DNA of 64,000 nt from an uncultured bacterium (GCA_965552055.1 CBEVQO010000001.1:160001-224000); one strand, 5' to 3'. Counted from the stretch's first letter, positions 42,225 to 55,800 are shown. The notes: generated by a model from the letters alone, not told the origin. Translations and numbers: made by a program.

Positions 42225-43354
42225 TTACAAAAATAGAGATAGAAAATTTTAAAAGCATCGAAAAGGCAGTAATTAATCTTTCAAATCTTAATATTTTGAT
42301 AGGACCAAATGGTGCGGGTAAAAGTAATCTTATAGATTGCTTTAGATTTTTGAAAGAAATCCTTATTTACAGTGAATTCAAAAGGAGATTTGACGAAATC
42401 GTGTTCAACTCCGAAATTAAACGGAAAGTTAAAATTCATCTTTACGGCAAGTATAATGATAAGCCATGGGAATATTTAATACAAATTAAGGGCGATGAAA
42501 GAAGAGAATGTATTCTTGCGAAAGAGGAATTAAAATATGATAACGAAAATTACATCATTTATCCCGCAGAAAATAATACAGCTGAAATAAAGACCCAGTC
42601 AGGAAAACCTAAAATGAGTTATCAAGGCACTTTATTTTTATACTTCGCAAAACACGAATATTGGGAATTCTCATGGATTTTACATCAATTTATAAAAAAC
42701 TGGCTCATTTTCTTTTTATATCCTGAATCTTTGAAGAAAATATCGGAAATTAAAAAAATTGACCACTTCAAAGAAAAAGGAGACTTATTCTCATCTTATA
42801 TTCATCACCTATTTACACGATATCCTGAACATTTTAAAGAACTTCTTGATTACATGAAAGAAGTTTTCACAGAAATTGAAAATATAAAAATTGAAATCAT
42901 TGAAGGTAAGCCTGCTCTTTGCTATCTTTTATTTAAAGAAAAAGAGATAGAAAACGAAATCCCACAATGGAATTATTCTGATGGCATTTTAGCCTTCTTC
43001 GCATTTGCTTCTTTATTATATTCGCCATTTGAACACCCATTGATATTGATTGAAGAGCCTGAAAATTATATCCATCACTCAAAATGGACCCACCTTGCTG
43101 ATATTTTTATGAACCTTGCGGAAAAATCTCAACTTATCATAACTACACATTCACCTTATTTCTTGAATCATTTTTCGCCCGAAAATGTATTTGTTGTTAA
43201 AAAATACAAAGGCAGGACAAAGTTTATAAAAGCAAGCGATATTAAAGGAATAAGAAAAGCCCTAAAAGAATTTAGACTCGGGGAAATATGGTACTCAAAG
43301 GAACTGGAGGTTGAAGATGAAAAAGAGGGAAATAGCCATGATTGTGGAAGATAA
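42221..43354 (+). CDS. ABC-type ATPase (AAA_21-like)
   Basis: [34 protein letters not shown]. Confidence 0.85.
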   Translation: MITKIEIENFKSIEKAVINLSNLNILIGPNGAGKSNLIDCFRFLKEILIYSEFKRRFDEIVFNSEIKRKVKIHLYGKYNDKPWEYLIQIKGDERRECILAKEELKYDNENYIIYPAENNTAEIKTQSGKPKMSYQGTLFLYFAKHEYWEFSWILHQFIKNWLIFFLYPESLKKISEIKKIDHFKEKGDLFSSYIHHLFTRYPEHFKELLDYMKEVFTEIENIKIEIIEGKPALCYLLFKEKEIENEIPQWNYSDGILAFFAFASLLYSPFEHPLILIEEPENYIHHSKWTHLADIFMNLAEKSQLIITTHSPYFLNHFSPENVFVVKKYKGRTKFIKASDIKGIRKALKEFRLGEIWYSKELEVEDEKEGNSHDCGR

Positions 43355-43832
43355 AAATAATGAACCTTTTAAAATAATAGCACAAAAAATAAAACCACAT
43401 ATTTCAATAATTGTGAGAAATCTTCCGCGAGGAGATTTGCAAAAAGAAGAAAAAGTCGTAAGTTTTATAAAAAATATCCTCAACAAATACCGTGTTAAAA
43501 AAATTATTATTTGCATAGATTCGGAATGCTATAATTATAATCTACGCCTAAAAATAAATAACATTTTGAGAAGGTTAAGAAAAACATTTAAAAAACAGGT
43601 TATCCATTATATTATAATACAGTGTGCTTTTGAAAGCTGGATTTACGAAATCATCACAAATAAAACCGCTCCACAAGTGAATTCAGCTAAATTGAAAAAC
43701 GAGATAAGAAAACTCAAAAGGAGATACGATATTAAAGTTGTAAGGGAGATTATTGAAAATATGAACATCTCAATGCTTCGGCAAATTAATCATAGTTTTG
43801 ATGATTTTGTGAAAGCAGTGAGGGACCCATGA
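43317..43832 (+). CDS. Small TOPRIM-like partner protein (DUF4276-like)
   Basis: IVED, ICIDSE, FESW, HSF motifs; overlaps the ATPase 3' end. Confidence 0.6.
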   Translation: MKKREIAMIVEDKNNEPFKIIAQKIKPHISIIVRNLPRGDLQKEEKVVSFIKNILNKYRVKKIIICIDSECYNYNLRLKINNILRRLRKTFKKQVIHYIIIQCAFESWIYEIITNKTAPQVNSAKLKNEIRKLKRRYDIKVVREIIENMNISMLRQINHSFDDFVKAVRDP

Positions 43833-44167
43833 AAAAATACCTAAAATCCAAAATTCATGGAATTAAGGTTACAGCTAAAAAAATAGATTATGAAGGTTCA
43901 ATTGTAATAGACAACAAAATCATGGATGAAGCCGAGATTGAGCCCTATGAAATTGTCTATGTCGTTGATGTATGTAATGGTGAGCGCTTTGAGACCTATG
44001 CTTTACCTGGTGAAGAAGGTGAATGCACGCTACTTGGCGGTGCTGCACGCAGAGTAGAAATCGGCGATAAACTCCTCGTATTCTCTTACATTTATGCAGA
44101 AAAAAGAGAAAAAACAAAAATCCTGATAATCGAAGATAACAAAATAAAAGAGATAAAATGTCTTTAG
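43829..44167 (+). CDS. panD: Aspartate 1-decarboxylase
   Basis: KSKIH, YEG/SI cleavage site, NGERFETY, GGAAR. Confidence 0.93.
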   Translation: MKKYLKSKIHGIKVTAKKIDYEGSIVIDNKIMDEAEIEPYEIVYVVDVCNGERFETYALPGEEGECTLLGGAARRVEIGDKLLVFSYIYAEKREKTKILIIEDNKIKEIKCL

Positions 44168-45132
44168 ATTATTTAATACTGGCTGCTGGACTCGGAACAA
44201 GGATGAAGTCAGAGATACCAAAAGTGTTACATAAAATACTTGGCAAACCCATGCTTTATTATCTTTTGAAAACGATAGATAAATTACGAAAGGAAATGAA
44301 TGGCAGAAAAATAGTTGTCATAGGTTATAAAGGCGAACTTGTTAAAAAGGAATTTGAAAATGAAGGTTTGATTTTTGTTGAACAAAATCCTCCTCTTGGC
44401 ACGGGTCATGCCGTTATGTGTGCGAAAGATGTCTTGAAAAATGGTGCAGAAAACACAATGGTGCTCGTGGGAGATGCACCGCTTTTATCCCATGAAACCC
44501 TTAAAAACCTCTATGAATTGCATAAAAAAGAAAAAGCAAGTTGCACAATTTTGACAGCAGAATTTGAAAATCCAGGAAGATATGGAAGAATAGTAAGAGA
44601 AGGTAAAAATGTAAAAAAAATAGTAGAAGCAGTAGATGCATCACCTGAAGAACTTAAAATAAAAGAGATAAACTCTGGAATTTATGTATTCAATACGAAA
44701 AAATTACTTGAAAATCTCACCAAAATAAAGCCCGACAATGTCAAAAAAGAATATTATTTAACGGATGTTGTGGAAATTTTGACAGAAAAAGGCGAAAAGG
44801 TTTGTGCATATAAAACCGAAAATCCAGAAGAGATAATCGGAATAAACGACAGAAAGACACTATCAAATGTTGAGAAAATAATTTTAAAGAAAATAGTTGA
44901 AAAATTTCAATTAGAAGGTGTTACTTTTGAAAATCCAGAAACCGTTTATATTGAGCCGGATGTTAAAATAGGCGAAGACACTTTTATTGGACAGGGAGTG
45001 CGTTTACTTGGTAACACCGAGATAGGTAAAGGATGCAAGATTGGTGCTTTTACGACGATAAAAGATTCAAAAATTTCGGATAATTCTGAAATAGGTTCAT
45101 TTTGCTATATTGAGAATGCTGAATTACTTTGA
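44158..45132 (+). CDS. glmU: GlmU-like uridyltransferase with a truncated beta-helix
   Basis: LAAGLGTRMKS..PKVLH, LGTGHA, YGRI, EINSG, EYYLTD, GIN; ends at 324 aa. Confidence 0.8.
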   Translation: MSLDYLILAAGLGTRMKSEIPKVLHKILGKPMLYYLLKTIDKLRKEMNGRKIVVIGYKGELVKKEFENEGLIFVEQNPPLGTGHAVMCAKDVLKNGAENTMVLVGDAPLLSHETLKNLYELHKKEKASCTILTAEFENPGRYGRIVREGKNVKKIVEAVDASPEELKIKEINSGIYVFNTKKLLENLTKIKPDNVKKEYYLTDVVEILTEKGEKVCAYKTENPEEIIGINDRKTLSNVEKIILKKIVEKFQLEGVTFENPETVYIEPDVKIGEDTFIGQGVRLLGNTEIGKGCKIGAFTTIKDSKISDNSEIGSFCYIENAELL

Positions 45133-45135
45133 GAT

Positions 45136-45522
45136 ATGAAAAGAGGACTTATTTCTTTTGGAATATTGGTCCTTTTAATTTTTGCAATACTTTTTGCTGT
45201 ATCGACTTTTAAAAACATTTATGACCTAAAAAAGCGTGTCAAAACGATAAGGGTGGAGGTCCTGAATGGCACATCCCGTCAGGGTCTTGCTTTTAGAGTA
45301 TCGGAATATCTGAGAAAACGGGGATTCGATGTCCTTTATTACGGAAATGCGGATTCTTCGCTTCAGAAAACCGTTATATTTGACAGAACAGACAGGGATT
45401 GTAGAAACGCCAGGATAATAAAAAAATATTTAAAATGCGGGATAATAGCTTATGAACCTCATCCTGCAAAGATAGTAGATGTGAGCGTAATCCTTGGATA
45501 TGATTTTCCTGAAAAATGGTAG
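45136..45522 (+). CDS. Membrane protein with a LytR C-terminal domain
   Basis: N-terminal TM, VEVLNGT..GLA...L...GF, DVSVILGYD. Confidence 0.85.
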   Translation: MKRGLISFGILVLLIFAILFAVSTFKNIYDLKKRVKTIRVEVLNGTSRQGLAFRVSEYLRKRGFDVLYYGNADSSLQKTVIFDRTDRDCRNARIIKKYLKCGIIAYEPHPAKIVDVSVILGYDFPEKW

Positions 45523-45857
45523 AGATTGTTAAATTCTTATGTGATATTTTATACGACAAAAAGGCAGAAGACATAGTTATACTTGATTTGCGCGAACTTA
45601 CAGATTTTACGAGTTATTTTATCATTTGCACAGCACTTTCTGACATTCATGCGAAAGCAGTAGCAGATGCTGTTATCGAAAAGATGAAAAAGGAAAAGGG
45701 ACAATTACCTTCTTCTCTTGAAGGATATGACTTTGGACACTGGGTGCTTATTGATTATAGCGATGTGATAGTCCACATTTTCCTTGAAAAAGAAAGAGAA
45801 TATTATAACCTCGAATTACTGTGGGCTGATGCCAAGAAAGAGAATTATAAAAAATAA
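45516..45857 (+). CDS. rsfS: Ribosome silencing factor
   Basis: DKKAEDI, WVLIDYSDVIVHIF...REYYNLE.LW. Confidence 0.96.
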   Translation: MVEIVKFLCDILYDKKAEDIVILDLRELTDFTSYFIICTALSDIHAKAVADAVIEKMKKEKGQLPSSLEGYDFGHWVLIDYSDVIVHIFLEKEREYYNLELLWADAKKENYKK

Positions 45858-45944
45858 AATTACATCTTTATGAGATATCGAGAGTGACAGTTGAACTTTC
45901 TTTGGGATTCAATAATCTGCGCTCCGCCCTTCCAGCGATTTTTA

Positions 45945-46835
45945 TTATTTCATCTTGAACAGAAAGTCAAGTTTGTGAGTGTTTTTGAACTCCGGATGTG
46001 TTGAGTAGGCATAGTTTATGCCGAAATTCCTGTAATTAAGCCCAAGACCGCAGGTAAATTTGCCATTATCGAGTCCAAATCTCAACTTCGCTTCTTTAAT
46101 CATGCTCCACTCGATGCCAGTGTGAAATGTAAAGGGATAACCTGAAGAAAGTATCCTCGATGTCTGCAATGACAAAATCAACACATCGTATCCTTTCCAG
46201 TAAGAGAGAGCTAATCCCACATCTGCAGAAGGTTTGAGTTTATCCGTATATCCTGTGTTCCACTTTATCCTTGTGAAAATGTCAGAAATCCTTATTCCCG
46301 TATAAATTCGCAGAGCAGAAGCAAGTAAATGTATTTTTGGCGCAGAATAGAAAATGCCAAAGTTAAAACCAGCTCCCCAGCCTTTTGACTTATGTAATTC
46401 CATTCTGTAAAATTTAAAAGTGATTCCCGCAGAAAAATCTTTAATCTTGTGTCCAAAACTTAGGCTATATTCCTCTGTTAAAAACTTTGCAGTACCAAGA
46501 TAGACAATCTCCGGGTAGTTTGTTCCGGGTAAGGTATCGCCAGATGTGGTCTGCTGCCATTCTGTGCTTACCCTTATTAGTCCAAATCCCATAGGTATAT
46601 TTTTAAATCTTTTACAGATAGCGATATAATCATATTTTGTCTGTGCAGGAAGCTCTGTATGCATGTAAAGTATTTCTCCGTGATAAAGTTGAGTTAATGC
46701 GGATGGATTGAAGATTACGGAGTTTACATCATAAAGTGCACAGAATGCATTGCCGAGTGCCGAAGGTCTTGCTCCTGTCCCCACATTCAAATAATCAAAA
46801 TTTGTTCCCCATGCTATCAAAAATATCAATAACAT
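45945..46835 (-). CDS. PorV/PorQ-family (UPF0164-like) outer-membrane beta-barrel
   Basis: L.VG.GAR..ALG.A....D...IFNPSAL N-terminus; alternating beta strands; GIEW...LRFG...GLG. Confidence 0.8.
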   Translation of the reverse strand: MLLIFLIAWGTNFDYLNVGTGARPSALGNAFCALYDVNSVIFNPSALTQLYHGEILYMHTELPAQTKYDYIAICKRFKNIPMGFGLIRVSTEWQQTTSGDTLPGTNYPEIVYLGTAKFLTEEYSLSFGHKIKDFSAGITFKFYRMELHKSKGWGAGFNFGIFYSAPKIHLLASALRIYTGIRISDIFTRIKWNTGYTDKLKPSADVGLALSYWKGYDVLILSLQTSRILSSGYPFTFHTGIEWSMIKEAKLRFGLDNGKFTCGLGLNYRNFGINYAYSTHPEFKNTHKLDFLFKMK

Positions 46836-46844
46836 ATCACCTCC

Positions 46845-49800
46845 TTACTTTATAACCGCTATCTTCCAGATTGATTCTGCACTTTCCTCCTCTGTCTTCG
46901 CTATCACTTTACAGATGTAAACTCCATTGAGCACGATGTCGCCAGCAAAGTTCCTGCCATCCCATGTAATATCCAGCCTGCCACTTAATACGGGTATTTC
47001 CTCGCTCCATATGAGATTGCCTGCAAGTGTATAAATCTTAACTTTCACCTCTGCTGGCTTATTCACCTTCACCGCTATTTTGGCTGTATTTCTCAATGGA
47101 TTGAATGGATTTGGATAACTCGCAACTTCAACATTCAAAGGCTCATCCACTGTGAATATAGAAATCGGCATTTTTACAGCTCCAAATTCAGGTAATTTGA
47201 AGCGCTGAACCCTGTCATTGTTTCTGTCTGCTACATAAATCTCTTTTACAACATCACCTTCATAGCAAAGCGAAATGCCACAGGGTTTGTTGAATCGCCC
47301 CGGTTCTTTTCCAAATTCTCCAAATATCAGTAACCTGTTTCCAAATCTATCGCACATAACAATTCTATCCGCATTCCTTTCGCAAATCCATATATTCTTA
47401 TGTCTTGAGATTTCAACATCTGCGGGATAATCAAAATTCTCTATCTCCATAACCCTGAACGCCGTATCAAATAAGTTCACATAGTATTTAACGACTTTGC
47501 CACTGCAGACAAGGCATGTGAAGATGTAAGGGCTGTCAACTCCAATACCTTCACATTTATGTGCAGGAATCGTAAATACGATATTTGCAGAGTCGTCAAG
47601 GAATGTTAGCCTATCCCAATTTCTTTCTGCCACAACTATGTAATCACCATAAAAGTTTATTCCTTTTGGATGATTTAGTCCCGTTGCTGAATAAACTTCA
47701 TTCCCCGATAAATCAAATCCAAGCACAGTAAGATGCGTATGACCCCACCACAATGTCGTATAAATTATTTCTCCATTGAACCTTACAGCATTTGGATGAT
47801 GCAAACCTGTTATTTCTCCAACAAAATTACCCCAGTAATCAAAGTATGCAATCCTCTTATTGTTTCTGTCTGCTACATAAATCCATGAGTTTCCATCTGG
47901 TAAAATGTGCACACCTTCAGGTTTATGCAGACCTGTTATTGCGAGGTCAAATTGTGGCTCACAGCGAAAGATTATCCTTCGAAATTCAGAAGTGTTTAAC
48001 ACAACATCCTGTGCTGTTAATCTCAAAACATAAATTCCGTCGGATAAATCTTTTGCATTGAACCAGCCAAGGATTGTATCTATCATCTGCTTTTTGCCTT
48101 CGGAGATGGTTATCCAGTCAGATGGTGAAATTCCTTCTCCATACTCTAATTTCCACCATCCAAAGTGAACATCCCTTACCCTTCCATAAACAGGCACATT
48201 CTGATTTACCATGCAGGATTCTGTCGGTGAGATTATGAAGCATTCAGGTGGAGTGTCATCAAGTATAAATTCATGAGATTTAACATCTTCTTTATTTTCC
48301 ACATTATCAATTGCATAATGGGAGATTGTGTGCATGCCATCCTGTCCTTGCAAGCCCCAATCTTCCAGAGTGAATACAAAGTGAGTATCAGGTATTTCCT
48401 GCCATGGCATGGAATCCACTCTATAAACTATTTTCTGCACGCCCGATGCTACTCCTGCGGATAATGGGTCTTCTGCTCTCAATGTGAAATCTGTATGCGA
48501 TGTGATAATCGTTGAATCTCCGTAACTATAAGAAGGTGTGCCAGTTATCAGTTCAGAAACAGGTTTTGTATCATCGACTGCGAGTAATTTTTCTTTTGTG
48601 GGTTCACGATTGCCAAGCTTATCAACTCCATAATAGTAAAGTGTATGCAAGCCTTCTCCCCATTCGGCGAGTGTAAATGTGGTCTCTGCAACATAAATCC
48701 TCTTTTGAGAAGCATCACACCACCAGTAGCCAGTATCTACTCCACATCCTTCGTCTGTTATTGTGAGAGTTAAATCCGTATGTGATGTTATATACATTGG
48801 ATTATCACTGTATTTGGGTTCGCCGATTGTCAGTTGGCTTACAGGCGGTGTGTTATCGAGGTAAACCGTGATTATTTTGTGTCCTTCTTCATTTCCAATG
48901 TTATCAATTGCCCAGTATTCAATTGTGTATTCTCCATCTTCTCCTGTTATTGTGAATGCCACGCTATCGCCTGAAATTACATTTTCCAAACCATTTATCA
49001 TGTAGTGAATTTCTTTTACTCCGCTGGATGCATAACTTATCACTGGGTCTTCCGCTTTAAGTGTTATTTTAGTGCTTGATGTTAGCCACAGTTTACCTTC
49101 CTCATCCTGATATTTTGGTTCACCGAATGTGATTTGTGTTTGTGGTGGTGTGTTATCGACATAAATCGTTTCACATTTCTGTGGCTCTGTGTTTCCGAGA
49201 TTATCCACAGCATAGTATTTTACATTGTAAACTCCATCTGATGGTAGGGTGAATTCTCCTCCCTCTACCCAGTACCCTGCAAAGTTGTAGTATCTGCTTT
49301 TTACTCCGCAACCTTCATCTATTGAGAAAATCATAATTAGTGAATTAGAAGTCACAAATCTTTTACCATCAATCAAAATAGTAGGTGGCTCGAAAGTAAG
49401 ATGTGAAGAGGGTGGTGTATTGTCGAGGTAAACAATGGTATCAATGGTTAAACTTCTATGTCCGAGATTGTCGAAAGTCCAACAAATTATTGAATACTTG
49501 CCGTCTTTCCTTGCAATAATGTTATAAACAATGCTATCAGAAAATGTTGAATCAGCATCAATCTTTGTCGTATTATAATAAACTTCGTAATTAATTTCTT
49601 TTACACCGCTTGCAATTCCATTTATAATGAGGTCTTCCGCTTTCATGATAATATCTGTTTGAGAAGTAATCCACATTTTATCGCTTACATATTTTGGCAA
49701 GGTTATTGTGATTTGTGCAACAGGAGAAGTATTGTCAATCCTTACAATTTGTGATTTTATATCTTCTCTGTTTTTCGCTCTATCAACGCTATTGTAATAA

Positions 49801-52800
49801 ATTGTGTATTCCCCATCAGGATATTGTAATTTGAAGGAATAAGGCAACAAATCAGTGGTAAGTGCATGAGTTATGCCATTTATCTTGTAGTATGTTGTAT
49901 CAACTCCGCTTTTATCATCCCATGCGGAAATTGTTATTTGAGTCGTAGAGTCTATATAAGGTGGTGAGCCGTAATTTGGTGTGCCAATGGATATCTCCGT
50001 AACAGGTGGAACAGTATCTTCTATTATTTCAATTGAGAATGCAATTGTTTGATAATTTTCTGCATAATCCCTGGCTGTAATGTGGCACATGTAAATCCCT
50101 GCTGGTAAAACCTTTCCAGAAAAATCTTTACCATCCCAGATTTCGGTATAGCTGCCTTCTTTTAGATCAAAATAAGATTTATGATAAACACCTGCTCCTA
50201 TCGGGTTCTCAATCATAATTTCTACAATTTTACATGATTCGGATAAAGTGAAATGGATATAGGTTTCTTCTCCTGTTGAAGGCATAAAAGTAGTGGGTTC
50301 TGCATAAGCAGTTATTTGAGGAGGCACCCTATCCACCAGCCAGTAGCCTGTCACTTCATTTGACTTATTGCCGAGAGAATCAATTAAGAATGATATGAAT
50401 CGATAGTAACCATCGGGTAACAACCTTCCAGCATCATCGTATTTTTCCCACACGAAACAAATTGTGTCAGCCTTAAATACCTTTTTCTTAGTAAATTTAT
50501 CTGTTACCTGATAATAAAGCATTCCTGCAGTAAAAGAGAATATTCGTAATGTCTCCTCATAAGTTTTGTTCACAATTAACAGAGTTTTTTCTGCTTCTAA
50601 TTTAGGCACTGATAATTTCCTCCATCCTACAGGTGCATTCTTTATTGCTGGTTCTGTTGGCTCTGGTGGTTCCGGTGGCTCCTCTGGTGGCTCTTCACGA
50701 GGTTCTTGCCAGCCTGCTATTGCAGAGATTGATGAAGATGAAGTCATTATTTTCTTCTTTAAGTTCTCAAAAGCTTCTAATTTTGTAACAAAGATTACTA
50801 TTTCTCCTGGCTTCACTTTTATCAAATGACTGAATTTACCTTCTGCATCGGTAGCCACTCGATAAATACCGATTAATTCGCTTTCGTCATTTATATCAAA
50901 TTTTCGTGCAGATAATGTTAAAGTAGAAGTGGGATTATAATTAGCAACAACTTCTCTTGCAACTTCATATATGTTCCTAAGAGGATTTGTAACTGCGATA
51001 ATAAGAGAATCCAATGGTTTAGCGTGTCCTTTAATTTTTGCTGTGGTATCGTTTATAGTAATGAAAGAGTCAATAACAGGCTTCACTGTTTCCGTTTCTG
51101 TGTAATATAAAGGTGCAAATACTGGGAAATCACCACCTGGAAAGGAGTCAAGCGCTGCTTCTATTGTAAGAATTCCATCCGCTTCAGGCTGACAGGGAAA
51201 TGTTGTTAAATCAACTATATCTCCAGAAGGTGAGATACCATATAATTTCAACTTTGAAGTATCTATGTTGCATTTTTCAATATCCCGGGGCGTATAATGG
51301 AATTTTAAAGTTGGTCTTTTTGTAGTATCGAACTTAGCACCTGCTGGCTGCATCAATAACACAGGTCCATAGTTGCCCGTTATTATGGGAGTGCCATACC
51401 CTAACCCAGCATCTTCTATTAGAACAGGTGAAATTTTAGCAATCGTATCAGTTGGGAACGCTCCTTCTTTAAAAATTATCTCTGCTCTACAATAAGGAGA
51501 GTGCGCCTCCGATACATTATCATGTGAGATAAAATCACCTACATAAATGTCTTTGTAATAAACTTTCACAGGAGTTTTCGAACTTTTGCTTTCAAACAAT
51601 TTAAGCATTAATCTGTATTTTCCATAAGCGTGTATTGAGTTCCAGTAGCAAAGTGTTTGGAAGCCTCCAACAGGTGTTTTCCTTTTTGTCAACTGATAGA
51701 GATTCTTTCCGTCATATGCCCATAATTCGTAATAATGACCTTCAGGGTCTCCCTGAATTTCTATAAATGCTTTTGGCAAACTATCTAAATTAAGAGTATG
51801 AACAGGAATAAAGGAATCTAAGGCACTGTAACCAAATAAAGAATCGTGATAGCTGATAACAAGTGTATCGAGGTCATAATTATTTTGGTCGTTAATGTAT
51901 TTTAGATTAATATTCCAGTTTGTGATTTTGAGGTAAGGGTTTGAGTTATTATCCCAAAAAGTAGCGGTATAATCGTTCTGCTGGGCAACAACCTCTGCCG
52001 TTGCATTAAATTCAATCGGATTTATTACTTTACATGTTGATATTATGCCACTCTTAGAAAGGAAATTAACAGAAGTGGTTAGTTTAACACCTCCTGTAAT
52101 TAAAGAAACTGCCATCCAATTGACATATGCGCCAATTTCTTTTGCGACGATTTTATCGCCTACTTTTAATTTGCAGATACATTTAGTGACATCATAATCT
52201 GGAGGTACATTGACATTCCAACTAGTAAATCCAAATGTGGATTTTTCCGTTAAATAAAGTTCCTTTTGAGTAGAAAAGGTATCCGTTACATACAAAGTAC
52301 AAAGTCTTGGACGACCATCAATACCGGGATCTTCTTCCTCTATAATCATTTTTTGAGCAACAAAACTTGCTTCAAATGTAACTTTCCTTTTAAGAGAGTT
52401 AGAGTACCAGTCTATGAAACCAACCTGTTCACCTTTCCCATAAGGCTTAAATTCGTCTTTTGTAAATATGATGGGCATAGAGAATATTTTTCCCTGTTTA
52501 AGGTTTGTATCCATAGTTGTTTGCCATGCTAAAGTTTCAGCCACTACTCGTATAGAGTCCTCCCAAGGTGGAATTAATCTCACATTTTCTCCTGCTATTA
52601 AATGTGGTGTTTGGTATCCACCAATTTGCACTACTTTTGGATTGACAGGAAATAGCTCATCGTAAGATATAATGTCCGTATAATAAACGGTATCAGAATG
52701 TAATTTTATTAATAAGGTATCAAAAATTGACTTGAGGTCATTCGAAGGCACACTAATAATTTTGCCACTTTGAATGCGTGAATAAAGAGTACTATAAGTA

Positions 52801-55800
52801 AAAAACTTAAAAGTCACTCCTCCAATAGATATACTGTCGTAACATCCACCGCTGGAAATTTTTGAAGAATCTTTAAATTCGACTTTGTAGCTTATATTTT
52901 GTATTTCTACACTATCCAAAGTATCCCCAAAACTAATCGTCCAAATTAGAGTGTCATTAAAAATTCCTATTCTATTAACGAAAGATTTTGTTGAATAAAG
53001 TGTCGCGTCTAGATAAATGGCATAGACAGTTCGATAACTTCCGGTGCCCAAAAACCAAGTAGTAACATCATCACTGCCTTTAGCTTTAACTAAGTACCAG
53101 TTACCGTTACTGCAATGTTGCCAATACGCATAATCTCTTTCCAATAAAATACTAATACTGCTAGGTCCGCCTGAATAGGGATTATTCACGACAGCCCATG
53201 TTGGGTCGCCAGCCCAATAAAAGTCAGGAGTGGCGAATATCGGAAAATCTTCATAATCTTCCACCTTCGCCTGTATTGTGACGCTAACCAAAGGTTTACC
53301 TCCTTTACCGATTGCGGTATCAACCAATGTATAAGGTTGAGGCGGGCAATACTCCCCCTCTGCACTTGCTTCAAATTTAAATTCTGCAAGTTCTTTATAA
53401 ACAGTATCTCCCAAAACTCCTACTTTATATCTATCTGGTATCACAATATTTCCATAAACTACAGAAAATGCGCCTGTATCTGCTTTAAATGTTTCACTTC
53501 TCGTGGTATCATAATCTTTCCCATCCAGTGAAGTCGCCTTTATCACAAAATAATATTCTCCTGTATCTGCTCCCGTGCCCTCCCATGTGTAATATGTTTG
53601 CCAGTTGCCCGCTGCAAAAAGATTTGTAACCAGAGTTTTTAAATATGCATCTTCATGATATAGATCAATTTGAACATTCGCATCTCTGTTTACTTTGAAA
53701 CTCAAAGTCACAAGTCTCTGCACGCTATCTTCATGGAAAGGATAAAAGACATCGGGACTAACATTGACATCCGTGATTTCAAATTTTGTCTTTACATTCA
53801 CAAATGCACTATCAATTGCTATGCCTTTGTAATCCTCTGCAATCGCCATCAATAGCACTTTATACCTGTCACTGCCTACATCTTCGCCTTCATTATTCTT
53901 TCCAAACCATAACACTTCTTTTATAGTATCTCCAAGGTCTATGACACACGGATTCTGGCACAATAAAGTATCTTTTCCAAGCCACAATCTATCTGTAAGT
54001 ACATCATTTTCATAAAAGGCAAATTCAAGTCTTCTGCTTTCTGACTTAAATGACAAATATTTTGTCCCGGTGTCCGCCATATAAATCATTCCAATTAATG
54101 AATCTTCGTAATTTTGGATAAAGAAATCAGTTGGATAAACTGTAAAGCCAGGTTCACTTTGCGCTCTTATGATGCACTTAGCAACCGTTACTCCATTTTC
54201 GTTCCTGAAAGCAATCTTCCATGTATCTTCTATCATATAAAGATAAAAGCCATGATGCAGTATGGCAGGCACACCTTTATATGGATAAATCACTCCGAGA
54301 TCTATATCATTAATATTTTTGCCATTCTCATCAAGGATATTTATTCTAATATGGGAAACTTTACCCTGAACCAGATAATTGATTTTCAATGTATCTCTTT
54401 CTCCCTGAATATTTAATGTGTCATCTTCTCCTGTTAATTGTGTTAAAAGTGTAACCTTAGGCAAAACACCTGTAAACGGCTTAACATAAACTGTCTCAAT
54501 ATCACAAAGATAATTTCCATTTTTCTCATAACTTATTAGTTTCAATTCACAGGTGTTATCTGCAAGTCCAGATACATCCCAGTATGCCAACATGTCAGGA
54601 GTTTCTACCTGTTTTATTCCAATATTTGCAGAATCACCTCGAAGCTCCGGTAATACTTCAATTCCTGTTTTTTGCCATATTCCTCCAGTTGTTCTCCACC
54701 ATATTTCAAATCTGTCAAATCCAGATGTGTTTCGCATATCAGGGTCAGATGCCCTCCCGAATATTGCTACTCTTACAGCCTCTACTGTATCTTTTGGATA
54801 AACGATTTCTGCACCAAATGTGCGTTTCAAAACCTGATCTTGCTTCCAGCTTACATTGCCCCATTTGTCCTTTAAAACAAGTTTAACATTATGGCAGCCG
54901 TTTGGTAAAGGAGTTAAATCTATTAATGCCTTGCCAGAAACTACGGAGCTACCAGGCTTAACTACAGTATCAAGTTGCAACAAAGTATCCACATAAATTT
55001 TAAGCGTACAAATACCTCTATTTTGTGCGATGTCTTTTCTTTCGGATACTTTGAAATAAACTTCCGCTGTGTCATTTATCGGAATAAGTGGCAATACATA
55101 AAGGTCAATTATTTCTGGTGCTGTTCTATCCACTCGCAATGTCTCTCCACCGAGGGGTTCTGGTACAATCGCTTCATTACCTGCTTTATCCCGTGCTATT
55201 ATCTCTGCTTTATAAAGACCATCGGGTAAATATTCGCCAAACCAATTTTTACCCCAATATATGATGTTTGTATCTTCTTTTTCACCTGTGTAATATCTCT
55301 TCTCGGTATAACCACTGACATAATCTGTAAAAGTAACTTCCATCTCTGTCCATTCATCTGTTAAGTATTTCATTATAATTGCAGTATCTTTTGATGTGAA
55401 AATAAGTGGCGTAAATGTTTGTGTAATCTCTATTTGCGGAGGCTTTGTATCAACTATGAAATAACCAGTATCACTCGAAACATTCCCTGCCTTATCCTTT
55501 ACAAATACTTTTACGATGTATTTGCCACCAGAAAGAGTATCCACATACCCGTATCTTCTTATACTTTCAAAATAGCAGAATTTAATAGTGTCGTGCACAA
55601 CTGTATCTCTCAATGAGTCATAAACCTCGAACCATACTGATTTTGGTACAAATAACATGTTTTCGAGGTTATCGGATGGTTTAAATATTATATTTAATGC
55701 AGGATGTGCTTTCCATGACCATAAAGTGGAATCGGGCTGATAAACTTCTACAACAGGAGGTGTGGTATCCCTATAGAAAAACCAATCATATTTTTCAGAA

